Source: Scyliorhinus canicula
Lineage: Eukaryota
Assembly (NCBI RefSeq): GCF_902713615.1
Contig: NC_052175.1
Location: forward strand, 7,519,941-7,583,940
Length of the DNA: 64,000 bases
Reading direction: 5' to 3'
The notes below the pieces were generated by a model. It saw only the letters and a program-made list of their open reading frames with translations, had not been told where the DNA came from and did not search any database. The position numbers were made by a program, and so were the translations under genes. This document shows positions 36,444-50,308 of the stretch, one piece after another. Within the stretch, counting starts at the first letter, position 1, and the number at the start of each line of letters is the position of its first letter.

Positions 36444-39400
36444 TTAGAACAGAGAACATTACAGCGCAGTACGGGCCCTTCGGCCCTCGATGTTGCGCCG
36501 ACCTGTGAAACCATCTGAAGCCCATCTGACCTACACTATTCCGTTTTCATCCATATGTCTTTCCAGTGACCACTTAAATGCCCTTAAAGTTGGCGAGTCT
36601 ACTACTGTTGCAGGCAGGGAGTTCCACACCCCTACTACTCTCTGAGTAAAGAAACTGCCTCTGACATCTGTCCTATATCTACTACCCCTCAACTTAAAGC
36701 TATGTCCCCTCGTGTTGGTCATCACCATCCGAGGAAAAAGACTCTCACCGTCCACCCTATCTAACACTCTGACTATCTTATATGTCTCTATTAAGTCACC
36801 TCTCAGCCTTCTCCTGTCTAACGAAAACAACCTCAAGTCCCTGAGCCTTTCCTCGTAAGACCTTCCCTCCATACCAGGCAGCATCCTAGTAAACCTCCTC
36901 TGAACCATTTCCAAAGCGTCCACATCCTTCCTAAAATGTGGTGACCAGAACTGCACGCAGTGCTCCAGGTGCGGCTGCACCCGAGTTTTGTACAGCTGCA
37001 GCATGACTTCGTGGCTCCGAAACTCAATCCCCCTACTAATAAAGGCCAGCACACCATATTCCTTCTTAACAGCCCTATTAACCTGGCTGGCAACTTTCAG
37101 GGATTTATGTACCTGGATGCCGAGATCGCTTTGTTCATCTACAATACCAAGAATCCTGCCATTAGCCCAGTACTCTGCATTTCTGTTGCTCCTTCCAAAG
37201 TGAACTACCTCACACTTTTCCGCATTAAACTCCATGTGCCAATTCTCAGCGCAGCTCTGCAGCTTATCTATGTCCCTCTGTATCCAATAACATCCTTCAG
37301 CACTATACACAACTCCACCGACCTTCGTGTCATCTGAAAATTTACTAACCCATCCTTCTACACCCTCTTCCAGGTCATTTATTAAAATGAAAAACAGCAG
37401 TGTCCCCAAAACAGATCCTTGCGGAACACCACTAGTAACTGAACTCCAGGTTGAACATTTGCCATCAACCACCACCCTCTGTCTTCTTTCAGCTAGCCAA
37501 TTACCGATCCAAACCGCTAAATCACCTTCAATCCCATACTTCCTTATTTTCTGCCTACCGTGAGGAACCTTATCAAACGCCTTACAGAAATCCACCGCTT
37601 TACCCTCATCCATCTGTTTGGTCACGATCTCAAAAAACTCAATAAGGCTTGTGAGGCATGACCTACACTTCACAAAACCGTGCTGACTATCACTAATCAA
37701 CTTGTTATTTCCAAGATGATTATAAACCCTATCTCTTATAACCTTTTCCAACATTTGACCCACAACCGAAGTACGGCTCACAGGTCTATAATTACCAGGG
37801 CTGTCTCTAATTCCCTTCTTGAACAAGGGGGACAACGTTTGCTATCCTCCAGTCTTATGGCATTATTCCTGTCGACAAAGACGACATAAAGATCAAGGAC
37901 AAATGCTCTGCAATCTCCCCCCTGGCTTCCCAGAGAATCCTAGGGTGAATCCCATCTGGCCGAGGGATACATCCTCCTTGTGAACCTCAATCCCATCTAG
38001 CTTGGTCGACTGTACCTGAGTATTCTCCTCGACAACATTGTCTTTCTCCAGTGTAAAGAGTGACGAAAAATATCCATTTAATGCTTCCCCTATCTCCTTT
38101 GATTCGACACACAACTTTCCACTACTCTCATTGATTGGCCCTAATCTTACTCCACTCATTCCTTTGTTCCGGATATACCTATAGAAAGTATTTTGGGTTT
38201 TCCTTAATCCTATCCGCCAACGACTTTTCGTGTCCTCTGCTCGCTCATCTTAACTCTCCCTTTAGGTACTTCCTAGCTAACTTGTAGCTCTCAAGTGCCC
38301 TAACCGAGTCTCCATGTGTCATCCTAACATAAGCCTTCTTCTTCCTCTTGACAAGGGCTTCAACTTCGTTCGTAAACCGCGGTTCCCTTGCTCAACAGCT
38401 TCCTCCCTGCCTGACAGGTGCATACTGATCAAGGACACGCAGTAGCTGTTCGTTGAAAAAGCCCCATTTTTCGATTGTACCCATCCCTTGCAGTTTCCTT
38501 CTCCATCCTAAATATCCTAAATCTTGCCAAATAACATCATAATTGCCTTTCCCCTAGCTACAATTCTTGCCTTGCCGTATATCCCTATCCCTGCCCATCG
38601 CTAAAGTAAACATAAACGAATTGTGATCACTATCACTAAAGTGCTCACCTCCATCTAAATCTAACACCTGGCCGGGTTCATTACCCAGTACCAAATCCAA
38701 TGTGGCATCTGTTTGCCTGTCTACATACTGTGTCAGAATACCCTCCTGCACACACTGCACAAAAACTGACACATCTATAGTACTAAACTAACAGGATGAC
38801 ATCTCCTCTCCTGTTCCTAACCTCGGCCCATACCACCTCAGTAGACGAGTCCTCAAACGTCCTTTCTACCGCCGTAATACTTTCCTTGATTAACAATACC
38901 ACCCCCCCCCCCCCCACCCCCCCAACCCCCCCCCCCCCCCCCCCCCCCCCTCCCCACCCCTCTTTTACCATCTTCTCTGTTCATACAGAAATATCTAAAT
39001 CCTGGGACCTACAACAACCATTCCCGTCCCTGCTCTACCTATGTATCCGAAATCGCCACAACATCGAGATCCCAGGTACCAACCCATGCTTCAAGCTCAC
39101 CCACCTTTCCCGGATGCTCCTGGCGTTGTAGTAGACAGACACACTTCAAACCAGAGTCTTGCTTGCCGTTGCCCTCTTTCGAACTTTTAACCCTATCCCT
39201 GACCTCACTACTCTCAACATCATGTGCACTGGGACTACAATGTAGTTTCCCTTCCACTGCTGAATTCGTTTAAACCCCTCCGAAGAGCACTAGCAAATCA
39301 CTCCCCCCCCCCCCCCCCCCAGGATATTGGTACTACTCTGGTTCAGGTGAAGACCATCCTGTTTGTAGTGATCCCACCTACCCCAGAATGAGCCCCAATT

Positions 39401-40711
39401 ATCCAGTAAACCAAAACCCTCCATCCTGCACCATACTTGTAGCCACGTGTTCAACTCCTCTCTCTCCTTATTTCTCACTTCGCTAGCACGTGGCACGGGT
39501 AACAACCCAGAGATAACAACTCTGCTTCCACCCTAGCACCCTGAATTTCTGTCTCAAATCCCCATCTCTCTTCCTACCTATGTCGTTGGTACCTATGTGG
39601 ACCACGACTTGGGGCTGATCCCCCCTTAAGGATCCCAAAAACATGATCAGAGACATCACGAACCCTGACACCTGGGAGGCAACACACCAACCGTGAGTCT
39701 CTTTCGTTCCCACAGAATCTCCTGCCTGTTCCTCTAACTATGGAGTCCCCAACGACAAGTGCTCTGTTCCTCTTCTCCCTTCCCTTCTGAGCAACAGGGA
39801 CAGACTGTGTGCCAGAGACCTGTGCCCCATTCCTTACCCCTGGTAAGTCGTTCCCCGCAACAGTATCCAAAACGGTATACTTGTTATTGAGCGGAACGGC
39901 CACAGGGGGTTCCTTCTGCCGTCAGGCCGGTTCCCTCTCCCTCCCATGACGGTAACCCATCTACCTTCTTATTTTACCTGAGGTGTGACTACCTCCCTAT
40001 AACTCCTCTCAATAACCCCTCCGCCTCCCGAATGATCCGAAGTTCAACCAGCTCCAGCTCCCTAACGCGGTTCTCGAGGAACTGGAGTTGGGTGCACTTC
40101 CCACAGATGTTGCCAGCAGGGACACTCGAGATGACCCTTTCCTTCCACATTCGGCAGGAGGAACATTCAACTGCCTTAACCTCCATTCCCACTGAACTAA
40201 CTTCCCAACTACTGAAAACGAAAAAAATAACAAAAACTTGTTAGTTTAGCAATCCGACGTGCAGAACTTTTTTATTTTTTGGTTAGAGGAGAAGGATGGG
40301 TGGGAAATAATACGTAAGTACTATTTCGGGTAAAGCTGTCACTCCGGAACAACCCCTTCATAAACCACCTTCAACTTACGCTGACCGCACTGCACGTATG
40401 CAAATCTCCCCGGAACAGCCAATCAGAAGCTCTGACCTGCTGCCCTCTGCTGAATGACTGCCGTCACTCGAACTCCTCGGGTAACTTGCGCAGGTACACC
40501 CTCAACTTACGCTGACCGTACTGCACGTCTGCAAATCTCCCCGGAACAGCCAATCAGAAGCTCTGCTCTGCTGCCCTCTGCTGGATGCTTGCCTTCACTC
40601 GAACTTCTCGGGTCACTTGCGCAGGAACACTTTCAACTTACGCGGACCGCACTGCACGTATGCAAATCGCCCCGGAACAGCCAATCAGAAGTTCTGCTGT
40701 GCTGCCCTCTG
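36444..40711 (-). mobile_element. Near full-length CR1 LINE (5' monomers, ORF1 zinc finger/esterase, ORF2 EN-RT, 3' tail)
   Basis: ORF1 pieces VECSSCRMW...CGKCTQLQFLENRVRELE (39989-40192) and LVVGDSIVRG...VCCLPG (39574-39903); ORF2 RT frame of 434 aa (36531-37835); broken by stops and poly-C runs. Confidence 0.9.
40371..40711. repeat. 131-bp tandem repeat x about 2.6 with octamer and CCAAT motifs
   Basis: Units start at 40371, 40502 and 40633; ATGCAAAT at 40398 and 40660 (CTGCAAAT at 40529); CCAAT at 40419, 40550 and 40681. Confidence 0.92.
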
Positions 40712-41035
40712 ATTGTTCCCTCGTGGGTTCCAAGACATACTGTTCGAGGAAACTGTCGCTGACACATTTCATAAACTCCTCCTCCAGGCTGCCTTGACCT
40801 ACCTGGTTAAACCATCGACTTGTAGTTTAAAGTTCCCCCTGATAACTGCTGCACCATATCGACATTCATCCGCAATATGGGCTGTTTAGCACAGGGCTAA
40901 ATAGCTGGCGTTGAAAGCAGACCAAGTAGGCCATCAGCCTCCCCGAACAGGCGCCGGAATGTGGCGACTAGGGGCAGTAAGTTCATTTGAAACCTACTTG
41001 TGACAATAAGCGATTTTCATTTTCATTTCATTTCA

Positions 41036-41330
41036 GCTATTTCTTCGTTTATTGCCCGCCCCACCGTAATGTTACTATTTTGTGGCCTATAGACTACTCC
41101 CAGCAGTGACTTTTTCATATTCCTGTCCTGATTTCCACCCAAATGTACTCAACCTTCTCCTCCATAGCACTGATGTCATCCCTAACTACTGCCCGGATGT
41201 CATCCTTAAATAACAGAGCTAGACCACCTCCGTTATATCCACTCTGTCTGTCCGAATAGTTTGATACGCTTGGATATTTAACTCCCAGTCGTGACCATCC
41301 TTTACCCATGTTTCAGTAATGGTTACTAAA
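41036..41330 (-). mobile_element. CR1 ORF2 endonuclease fragment
   Basis: Reverse complement resembles about 44510-44830. Confidence 0.7.
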
Positions 41331-41956
41331 TGATTTGTTTATTAAAGTCGGGTCGTTTGCTGAATTAGTTGCTCTGTAATTGGTAACAGTAGGCTCAGAA
41401 CAACTTTCAGGAACAAGATAATGAAACCCACCAGCCAGTTATTGCGAAAGAAGAGTTGTGTTGAGGCTTCGGGTTGCCATGTCTCTGGAACGTTGTATTT
41501 TCTGAAAGAACAATCATCGATAACGTATGTAATAGACTCTGAGGTTGGTTATCGTTAGTAAATGTTGGTGCCTGTCCTTCGCAAAATAAACCAAGATATA
41601 CGAATAGGAGAATCATTCAACAAGGTCATGGATCATCTGGCCCTGACATCCGAACCACTTTCCTCTCTGACCATCATAAACATGGCCTATTACAGATCAA
41701 ACCAATGCCTGATTACGCCTTGAATATGCATTATGACCAATTCCAATGACTCCTGGGTTCGATAATTCCAAACTTAAACTACGTCTGTGAAAATAACATT
41801 CACCACTTCTGTGTATTAAATGGAAGACCCTTATTCTCAAATCGTGTCTCTCTAGATCCTACCACGAGTATAATGTCGTCTCAGTATTTAGCTTGTCAGG
41901 AATTGTTTGTGCATGGTTCACCACGGTCTCCTCTCTCTCTCTCCGTCTGCTTCTCT

Positions 41957-42285
41957 TGGTTAGCATCAAAGCTTCACAGCTCCAGGGTCTCAGGTTCGAT
42001 TCCCGGCTGGGTCACTGTCTATGCGGAGTCTGCACGTCCTCCCCGTGTGTGCGTGGGTTTCCTCCGGGTGCTCCGGTTTCCTCCCACAGTCCAAAGATAT
42101 GCGGGTTAGGTGGATTGGCCAGGCTAAATTGCCCTTAGTGTCCTAAAAATTAAGGTTAATGGGGGTTGTTGGGTTACTGGTATAGGGTGGATACGTGGGC
42201 TTGAGTAGGGTGATCATTGCTCGGCACAACATCGAGGGCCGAAGGGCCTGTTCTGTGCTGTACTGTTCTAATTCTAATTCTAATG
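41957..42285 (+). mobile_element. V-SINE (HE1-like), 5'-clipped
   Basis: B box, central domain and tail (ttctaa)n. Confidence 0.88.
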
Positions 42286-43229
42286 TGTTCTATGGTTCAA
42301 TTGAATGCTTGTGTAGTAAAATGTCAGTGCAATGTTCTAACTGAAATCTTCACTGATTTCTTTCCATCTCCTCGTGGTGCATGGCAGTGGCCTCATTTGG
42401 CGTTGATAGTGGTGAGTAACGCAACATCTCTAAGTCTTTCCAATTAAGATTTGTGCTCAAAGCTAAATAAAGTCAGTGTTTGGCATTGGTTAAATATAAT
42501 CAAGGGCTAACATTGGAAATACATTTTTCCTCGAATTGCATTGGGAAACGTTGGACAGTCGGCGTCGCCCAACAGATTTTTTACTTCATATTTATCAGCT
42601 AGCATTGCAGATATATGAAATGTTCATAACAAATACATTTATTAACGTTTCTTATGATTTTCCAAGAGTTACAAATTAAATAAATCAATCCATAAAGTAA
42701 TTAATGGGTGGTCGGTTAATTCTTCGCACTTTCTAGAACCCAGAATAGGACTAAATTGCTTTCCCAGTGCTGTATCGTCCCATGATACCCGTGGCTTCAA
42801 ATGTATTTTTATTCATTGCTGAGATTTGAATTTGATTGACCTGGATATTATGTCTGGATCATTCCTAAATGCCCCTTGAGACGTTGATATTGAGCCGTCT
42901 TCTTGAACGGATACAGCTCGAAGCTCGTTCGGTGAAGTTGCTGTGATAACTGAAATGTGGTCGAGCTATTTCAGAGTGATGTTGTGAGTCTGGAAACACA
43001 GAGAAGCGAGAAAAAAGAAGGATGATGGATGTAATCATATACATAGGAGCAGGGGTATGCCAGTTGAACTTATGAGCCTGTTTCACCAATCATCATGGCC
43101 ATTGCAGATTCTTATCCTCAGACCAATGCTCTAGCGCCGTTTCCATACTTAATTACAGCTTTAATTTTTTAGGTCCATTTATTTCCTTCGTAAATTGTAA
43201 TCAATAATTTGGCCTCCACAGCTTTTTGC

Positions 43230-43900
43230 GGCAGAAAATTCCATACGTGCACGGCCTGTGTCGACGTCTTGTGGAAGTCATTTTCCAACCGCCTGATGGC
43301 GAATTTGATTTTCTCCAATCGGAGAAATACCGACTGGTTGATCAGACAGTCTGCATCTTAGGGTGGTGCTGCTGGCCAGCCGAACAAGATTCGTTAGCGG
43401 GCGATGAGGGGGAAAAGTTCTGGCTGGTATGGCACTCCGTGGATTGCCAACTTCTGGCCTGGCTCCACCCACACCCCCACAACCTTGGACAGTGCCTCAA
43501 AGAAGGTTGTCGAGAACTAAATAAGTCTGGATCAGGCCTATAACAAGTGGGTCTGGTTGGTTGGCATTCCTTGGTACCATTCTCATTTGTCCTTCATCTC
43601 CGAGGAAGAAGATCATAACCATTCTGGTTGTGGTTAGGTGCAGTTTCACCTGCATTAGGTTTGCACATGTTGAGGTAGAGGTTGACCTATTGAATGCTTC
43701 GCTCCAGAGTCCCCGCCCTATTTATATCCCGAATTTGGCTCTAATTTTTCCCTTGCCTTTTCCAGCGGGAAGCTTGTCGCCGCCACCAGTCGACTATGGA
43801 GGTCCCCGCAGTTCCCCCTTCCGAGGTCGTCGGCGTCCAGCAGCTCCTCAATCAGGTAGTGGCCGCTCGATTGCGGTTATGTTCGAACATATATTTCTCG
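43230..43900 (-). mobile_element. Degraded L1/Tx1-like LINE ORF2 C-terminal fragment
   Basis: Recognised by resemblance only (FFEALSKVVG-like and LEKIKFAI-like pieces on the minus strand); no intact frame. Confidence 0.45.
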
Positions 43901-44159
43901 TGTTTTGAAGAATGACGAGGGACCCTGTACGTAATACGTGTTAGATATAGAAGGCGTTGACAGTATAGAAACTGAGATGTTGTTTCCACTCGTCTGGAAT
44001 TGCAGTCTAAAATTGTGCGGCTGCTCATGTGGGACTGATGAGGAAACATGCTTCAGTCAAAGGTTTGGAACTGTTTGTTATTTGAAAGACCAATGGATCA
44101 TTATATATCGTGGAACAGACAGTTGATTGGTCTTCCGGGAAATAAAGTAATCCGAACAT

Positions 44160-47100
44160 CGGCGAGAAAGGGGGGGAGTTTACCAGAGATGTTGGGGAGG
44201 GTTTAAACTAACGTAGCAGGGGGATGGGAACCGATGCAGGAATTTGGAAGGTAGTAAAACAGGGACAGACGCAAAAGGAAGTAAGGGGGAAAGTGCAAGA
44301 CAGAGAAGACATAGTCAAAAATCGAAAAGGGCGACAGTACACGGTACAGTGACTGATGGGAGCTCAGTGAATAGGACCAGTCATACGAAAAGGAATAAAA
44401 CTGGAGATGTTAAGATTCAAAACAGAGGTAAAAAAAACAACATAAGTGTACTTTACCTGAATGCTTGTAGTATTCGGAATAAAGTAAATGCGTTTATGGC
44501 ACAAATCATCGTGAATGACTATGATTTAGTTGCCATTACTGAAACATGGTTAAAGGATGGTCACGACTCGGAGTTAATTATCCGAGGGTATCAAACTATT
44601 CGGAAGGACAGACTGTATGGTAAGGGAGGTGGTGTTGCTCTGGTATTTAAGGATGACATCCGGGCAATAGTAAGGGATGACATTGGTACTATGGAGGATA
44701 AGGTTGAATCCATTTGGTGGAAATATGGAATTGTAAGGCGAAAAAGTCACTGATAGGAGTAGTCTATCGGCCACCAAATAGTAACGTTATGGTGGGGCAG
44801 ACAATAAACAATGAAATAACTGATGCATGTAGAAATGGTACAGCAGTTATCATGGGGGATTTTAATCTACCTGTCGATTGGTTTAACCAGGTCGGTCAAG
44901 GCAACCTTCAGGAGGGGTTTATCGAATGTATGCGCGATAGTTTCCTGGAACAGTATGTAATGGAACCTACGAGGGAACAAGCATTCCTAGATCTTGTCCT
45001 GTGTAATGAGACAGGATTGATTCATGATCTAATAGTTATGGATCCTCTCGGAAGGAGCGATCACAATAAGGTGGAATTTAAAATACAGATGGAGGGTGAG
45101 AAAGTAAAATCAAATACTAGTGTTTTGTGTTTAAACAAAGAAGATTACAATGGGATGAGAGAAGAACTAGCTAAGGTAGACTGGGAGCTGAGACTTGATG
45201 GTGGAACCGTTGAGGAACAGTGGAGAACCTTTCAAGCGATTTTACACAGTGCTCAGCAAGGACGGTAGAAAGAGGGGAAATCTACCGTGGATATCTAAGG
45301 AAATAAGGGAGAGTATCAAATTGAAGGAAAAAGCATATACAGTGGCAAAGATTGGTGGGAGACTTGAGGACTGGGAAATCTTTAGGGGGGCAACAGAAAG
45401 CCTCTAAAAAAGTTATAAAGAAGAGTAAGATAGAGTATGAGAGTAAACTTGCTCAGAATATAAAAACAGACAGTAAAAGTTTTTACAAATATGTAAAACA
45501 AAAAAGAGTGGCTAAGGTATATATTGGTCCTCTAGCGGATGAGAAGGGAGTTTTAATAATGGGAGATGAGGATATGGCTGAGGAACTGAACAGGTTTTTT
45601 GGGACGGTCTTCACAGTGGAAGACACAAATAACATGCCAGTGACTGATAGAAATGAGGCTATGGCAGGTGAGGATCTTGAGAGGATTGTTATCACTAAGG
45701 AGGTAGTGATGGGCAAGCTAATGGGGCTAAAGATAGACAAGTCACCTGGCGCTGATGGAATGCATCCCAGAGTGCTAAAAGAGACGGCTAGGGAAATTGC
45801 AGATACACTAATGATGATTTACCAAAATTCACTAGGCTATGGGGTGTTCCCGGTGGATTGGAAATTAGCAAACGTAATAGCACTGTTTAAAAAAGGAGGT
45901 AGGCAGAGAGCAGGAAGTTATAGGCCAGTGAGCTTAACTTCGGTGGTAGGGAAGAATCTGGAATCTGTCATCAGGGAAGAAGTAGCGAGGCATCTGGATT
46001 GAAATTGTCCCATTGCGCAGACGCAGCATGGTTCACAAAGGGCACTAACTAATTTCGTGGAATGTTTTGAGGACATTACCAGTGCAGTAGGTAACAGGGA
46101 GCCAATGGATGTGGTACATTTGGATTTCCAGAAAGCCTTTGACAAGGTGCCCCATTAAAGTTTGCTGCATTATATAAAGATGCATGGCATTAAGGGTAAA
46201 GTAGTACCATGGATAGAGGATTGGTTAATTAATAGAAAGCAAAGAGTGGGGATTAATGGGTGTTTCTCTGCTTGGCAATCAGTAGCTAATGGTGTCCTTC
46301 AGGGATCCGTGTTGGGCCCACAATTGTTCACAATTTACATAGATGATTTGGAGTTGGGGACCAAGGGCAATGTGTTCAAGTTTGCAGATGACACTAAGGT
46401 GAGTGGTAAAGCAAAAAGTGCAGAGGATACTGGAAGTCTGCAGAGGGATTTGGATAGGTTAAGAGAATGGGCTAGGGTCTGGCAGATGTAATGCAATGCT
46501 GACAAATGTGAGGTTATCCATTTTGGTAGGAATAACAGTAAACGGGATTATTATTTAAACGATAAAATATTAAAGCATGCCGCTGTGCAGAGAGATCTGG
46601 ATGTGCTAGTGCATGAGTCACAGAAAGTTGGTCTACATGTGCAACAGGTGATTATGAAGGCAAATTGAATTTTGTCCTTCATTGCTAGAGGGATGGAGTT
46701 TAAGACTAGGGAGGCTATGTTGCAATTGTATAAGGTGTTAGTGAGGCCACACCTGGAGTATTGTGTTCAGTTTTGGTCTCCTTACTTGAGAAAGGACATA
46801 CCGGCACTGGAGGGTGTGCAGAGGAGATTTACTAGGTTAATCCAAGAACTGAAGGTGTTCGATTATGAGGAGAGGTTGAGTAGAATGGGACTGTACTCGT
46901 TGGAATTTAGAAGTATGAGGAGGGATCTTATAGAAACATTAAAAATCATGAAGGGAACAGATAGGATAGATGCGGGCAGGTTGTTTCCACTGGTGTATGA
47001 AAGCATACCTAGGGGACATAGCCTCAAAATAAGGGGAAGTAGATTTTGGACTGAGTTTAGAAGGAATTTCATCACCCAAAGGGTTGTGAATCTATGGAAT

Positions 47101-47315
47101 TCCTTGCCAGTGAAGCAGTTGAGGCTCCTTCATTAAATGTTTTTAATGTAAAGATAGATCGTTTTTTGAAGAATAAAGGGATTAAGGGTTTTGGTGTTCA
47201 GGCCGGAAAGTGGAGCTGAGTCCACAAAAGATCAGCCATCATCTCATTGAAGGCGGAGCAGGCTCGAGGGGCCAGATGGCCTCCTCCTGCTCCTAGTTCT
47301 TATGTTCTTATGTAA
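44160..47315 (+). mobile_element. CR1 LINE with the whole ORF2 span, multiply stopped
   Basis: YLNACSIRNK, AITETW, YRPP, GDFN, LDLVL..HN (endonuclease), then KSPG.DG, NYRPVSLTS, QGSVLGP, FADDTK; tail gttcttatgttcttatgt. Confidence 0.92.
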
Positions 47316-48234
47316 AGGAGAGTTCAATCCAGGCTCAGCCATGGTCCTACTAAATATCGAGGCAGGATTAATGAGTCCTGTCGTTTGATCCTGCTCCTCC
47401 ACCTTATTACTGATGTGGGTTCTGAGGCAATGTTATGCGATTAACTCCCTATGTACCATGTTTGTCAATGTCGCAACATTCACAACGACGATCCCTTGTC
47501 CTTATATTGTACCTACTTGCATAGATACGTCGTTTCTACATTAACGACCAACATATTTCATATTCGAGGTGGTAGCAAGCTGTTTTACGTTCCGACCACT
47601 GGACTGTACACGAACCTTTCAGGGATAGGTTGAAATGGTTTAATGCCATCAATCGCCATCTACTATTGTAGATTGAGGGCATAACTTTGCAGGCTGCTCT
47701 GATGCCGTCAAACTCCAGGTTTCATTATGCGTCTGCCTCTCTGGAAGTTTTTGGGAAGTTTAACAAATTTGCAAAATGACAATATAATCAAGCAGAGCGC
47801 ACATTAATACCTGAAGAGATATTGGCTAGTGTTGTACGAATGTGTACAAAGTGAAACAGGCAGATGTGACGTACTTAGGCTTCCAAAAGACATTTGGTAA
47901 AGTGCCACGTCGAAGGTTACTGCACACATTAAGAACATATGTCGTAGTGGGTAACTTCGTTGCATTGGTGAACAATTGGTCAGCAAACAGAATGTAGAAA
48001 TAAGGGTTAGTCACTTTGTTTTTGATTATTATGCTGCAACACGTGAGCTCCGTAAGCATTAATGGTGAGTCTTGAACTATTTTCAGTCTACATCAATTCC
48101 CTTTGTGAAGAGGCGAAAGCTGTTAAGTGGAGTTAGAGATTCGGCAAATGGCGAAGTGAGCGGGCACAAAAATATAGCAGATATATGGGGGATGTTTTCG
48201 GATGACTGCATATTCGCGACTCCTCAGGAAATGA

Positions 48235-49395
48235 AATAGCCCATTTTGAAATGCAGCAATACATCGACAACATCCAGGCTTGGGCTGACAAGTGGCAAGT
48301 TGCATTAGCGCCACACAAGTGCCAGGCAATGACCATCTCTGACAAGAGAGGACCGAGCCACCGCCTCTTGACATTCAATGGCATTACGATCGCGGAATCC
48401 CCCAAAATTAACATCATGGGGATTACCATTGATCAGAAACTGAACTGGACTACCCACATTAACTGTGGCCGCCATGGCGGGTCAAAGGCTAGGAATCCTT
48501 TGGCGAGTAATACAACTCCTCATCCCCACACCCCCAAAAGAAAAGCGCGTCGACCATCTGAAAGGCACAGTTCAGGAGTGTGATGAAATGTTCTCCACTT
48601 TCCTGGATGAGTGCCGCTAGTACAACACTCAAGAATCTCGACACCATCCATAATAAAGCAGCCCGATTCTTTCCTACCCCTTCCACAAACATTCAAACTC
48701 TCCACACCAACGAACAGTGGCAGCCGTGTGTATCATCTACAAGATGCACAGCCGTAACTCATAGTAGGCAGCACGGTAGCATGGTGGTTAGCATAAATGC
48801 TTCACAGCTCCAAGGTCCCAGGTTCGATTCCCGGCTGGGTCACTGTCTGTGTGGAGTCTGCACGTCCTCCCCATGTGTGCGTGGGTTTCCTCCGGGTGCT
48901 CCGGTTTCCTCCCACAGTCCAAAGATGTGCGGGTTAGGTGGATTGGCCATGCTAAATTGCCCGTCGTGTCCTAAAAAGTAAGGTTAAGGGGGGGTTGTTG
49001 GGTTACGGGTATAGGGTGGATATGTGGGTTTGAGTAGGGTAATCATTACTCGGCACAACATCGAGGGCTGAAGGGCCTGTTCTGTGCTGTACTGTTCTAT
49101 GTCTATGTCACCGAGGTTCCTGAGACAGCACCACGACCATCTAGAAGGAAAAAGCAGCAGATGCCTGGGAACCACACCTCCTGGAGGTGCCCCTCCAAGT
49201 CACTCGCCACGCTGACTTAGAACTATGACGCCGCTCATTCATTGTTGCTGGGGCAACATGAAGGATCTCCCTCCCTAACATCACAGTAGGTGTACCTGTA
49301 CCTGAAAGATAGCAGCGGTTCAAGAAAGCAAATCATCACCACCTTCTGATCGACAACTAGAGATGGGCAATAACTTTTGGCAGAACCAATGACGT
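48235..49395 (+). mobile_element. CR1/L2-group LINE 3' end split by a young SINE
   Basis: IQAWADKWQV...KCQAMTIS...NIMGITIDQKLNW; resumes after the SINE at 49108. Confidence 0.75.
48767..49107 (+). mobile_element. V-SINE (HE1-like), young copy
   Basis: Full-length, inserted in a LINE. Confidence 0.92.
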
Positions 49396-50308
49396 AAATG
49401 AATACAAAAGGATAGAGGAAGTGACGATGTGTATTTTGGTGGGAAGAATTGAATCACATTATACGATTTAAGCGGTGAAAGATTATACTACTAAATGGTA
49501 CTGAGTGGGAACTGAGTGTCCTGATACATCACTCACGTGATTATATTATGCAGATTGGACACGTAATTGGAAAGGCAATGGAATGTTGCTATGGATGCAA
49601 AAGGTACAGTCAATAAACGTGAAACGTTTTTATGCAGCTCTAGAGGGCACTGGTGAGACCACAATTTGGGGTGGGTTGCGTTATACGCCTCTGAGCCCCT
49701 TATTTGACAAAATAATATAACTGATTTGGAAGCATCCTAGAGCGTTCGTTCGACTTATTCCTGGGCTGTACGGTTTATCTTATGACAAAATATTAAAGCG
49801 TTTGGGCCGATGCCCATTGCAATAAAAAATAATATGACGTGTTCGTATTGGAATATGTAGGGTGCTGAGGGGAGTTTTTAGTCGTCGGGGACACTATCGA
49901 AGAATAATAGTTCCATCCTTTAAGAGTAGGAAGAGTGATATTATTTTTCTCTAAGAAGGTAACCAGACTGTTGTGAATTCTCTTCCATGAAGATTATGTT
50001 GTGAGCTCTTTACGTATTATCGGCCGGCAGGAAAGTTAACGTGAAACCAAGACGAGATTAACGAATTTAATTTAGACGGGCTCAAAGGCTAAAGTCCTCA
50101 GTCCTAAATTCCCGATGTCCCTCTAAACATGCTAGACGCAATTGCCAGGTTAAGTCTGCATAACGACGAAATCCACAGGACGAGGCAACTCAGTGTCCTC
50201 TTTGGCTTCTTTTAACCGCATATGCCTATTAGATATTGCCAGTAACTCTGGTTTAACACCCGCCTCTAATGCCCACGCCGTTGTATACGATGTAGTATAA
50301 TATACTGC

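Noticed and set aside
40371-40711. 131-bp repeats (and the 17-bp repeat at 4937) as a CRISPR-like array
   Set aside because: Contiguous tandem units without unique spacers, eukaryotic context, no cas genes.
42842-42989. Strong minus-strand acceptor at 42990-42991 as a coding exon
   Set aside because: Two frames stop at once and the third gives an unrecognisable 41-aa peptide; no partner exons established.
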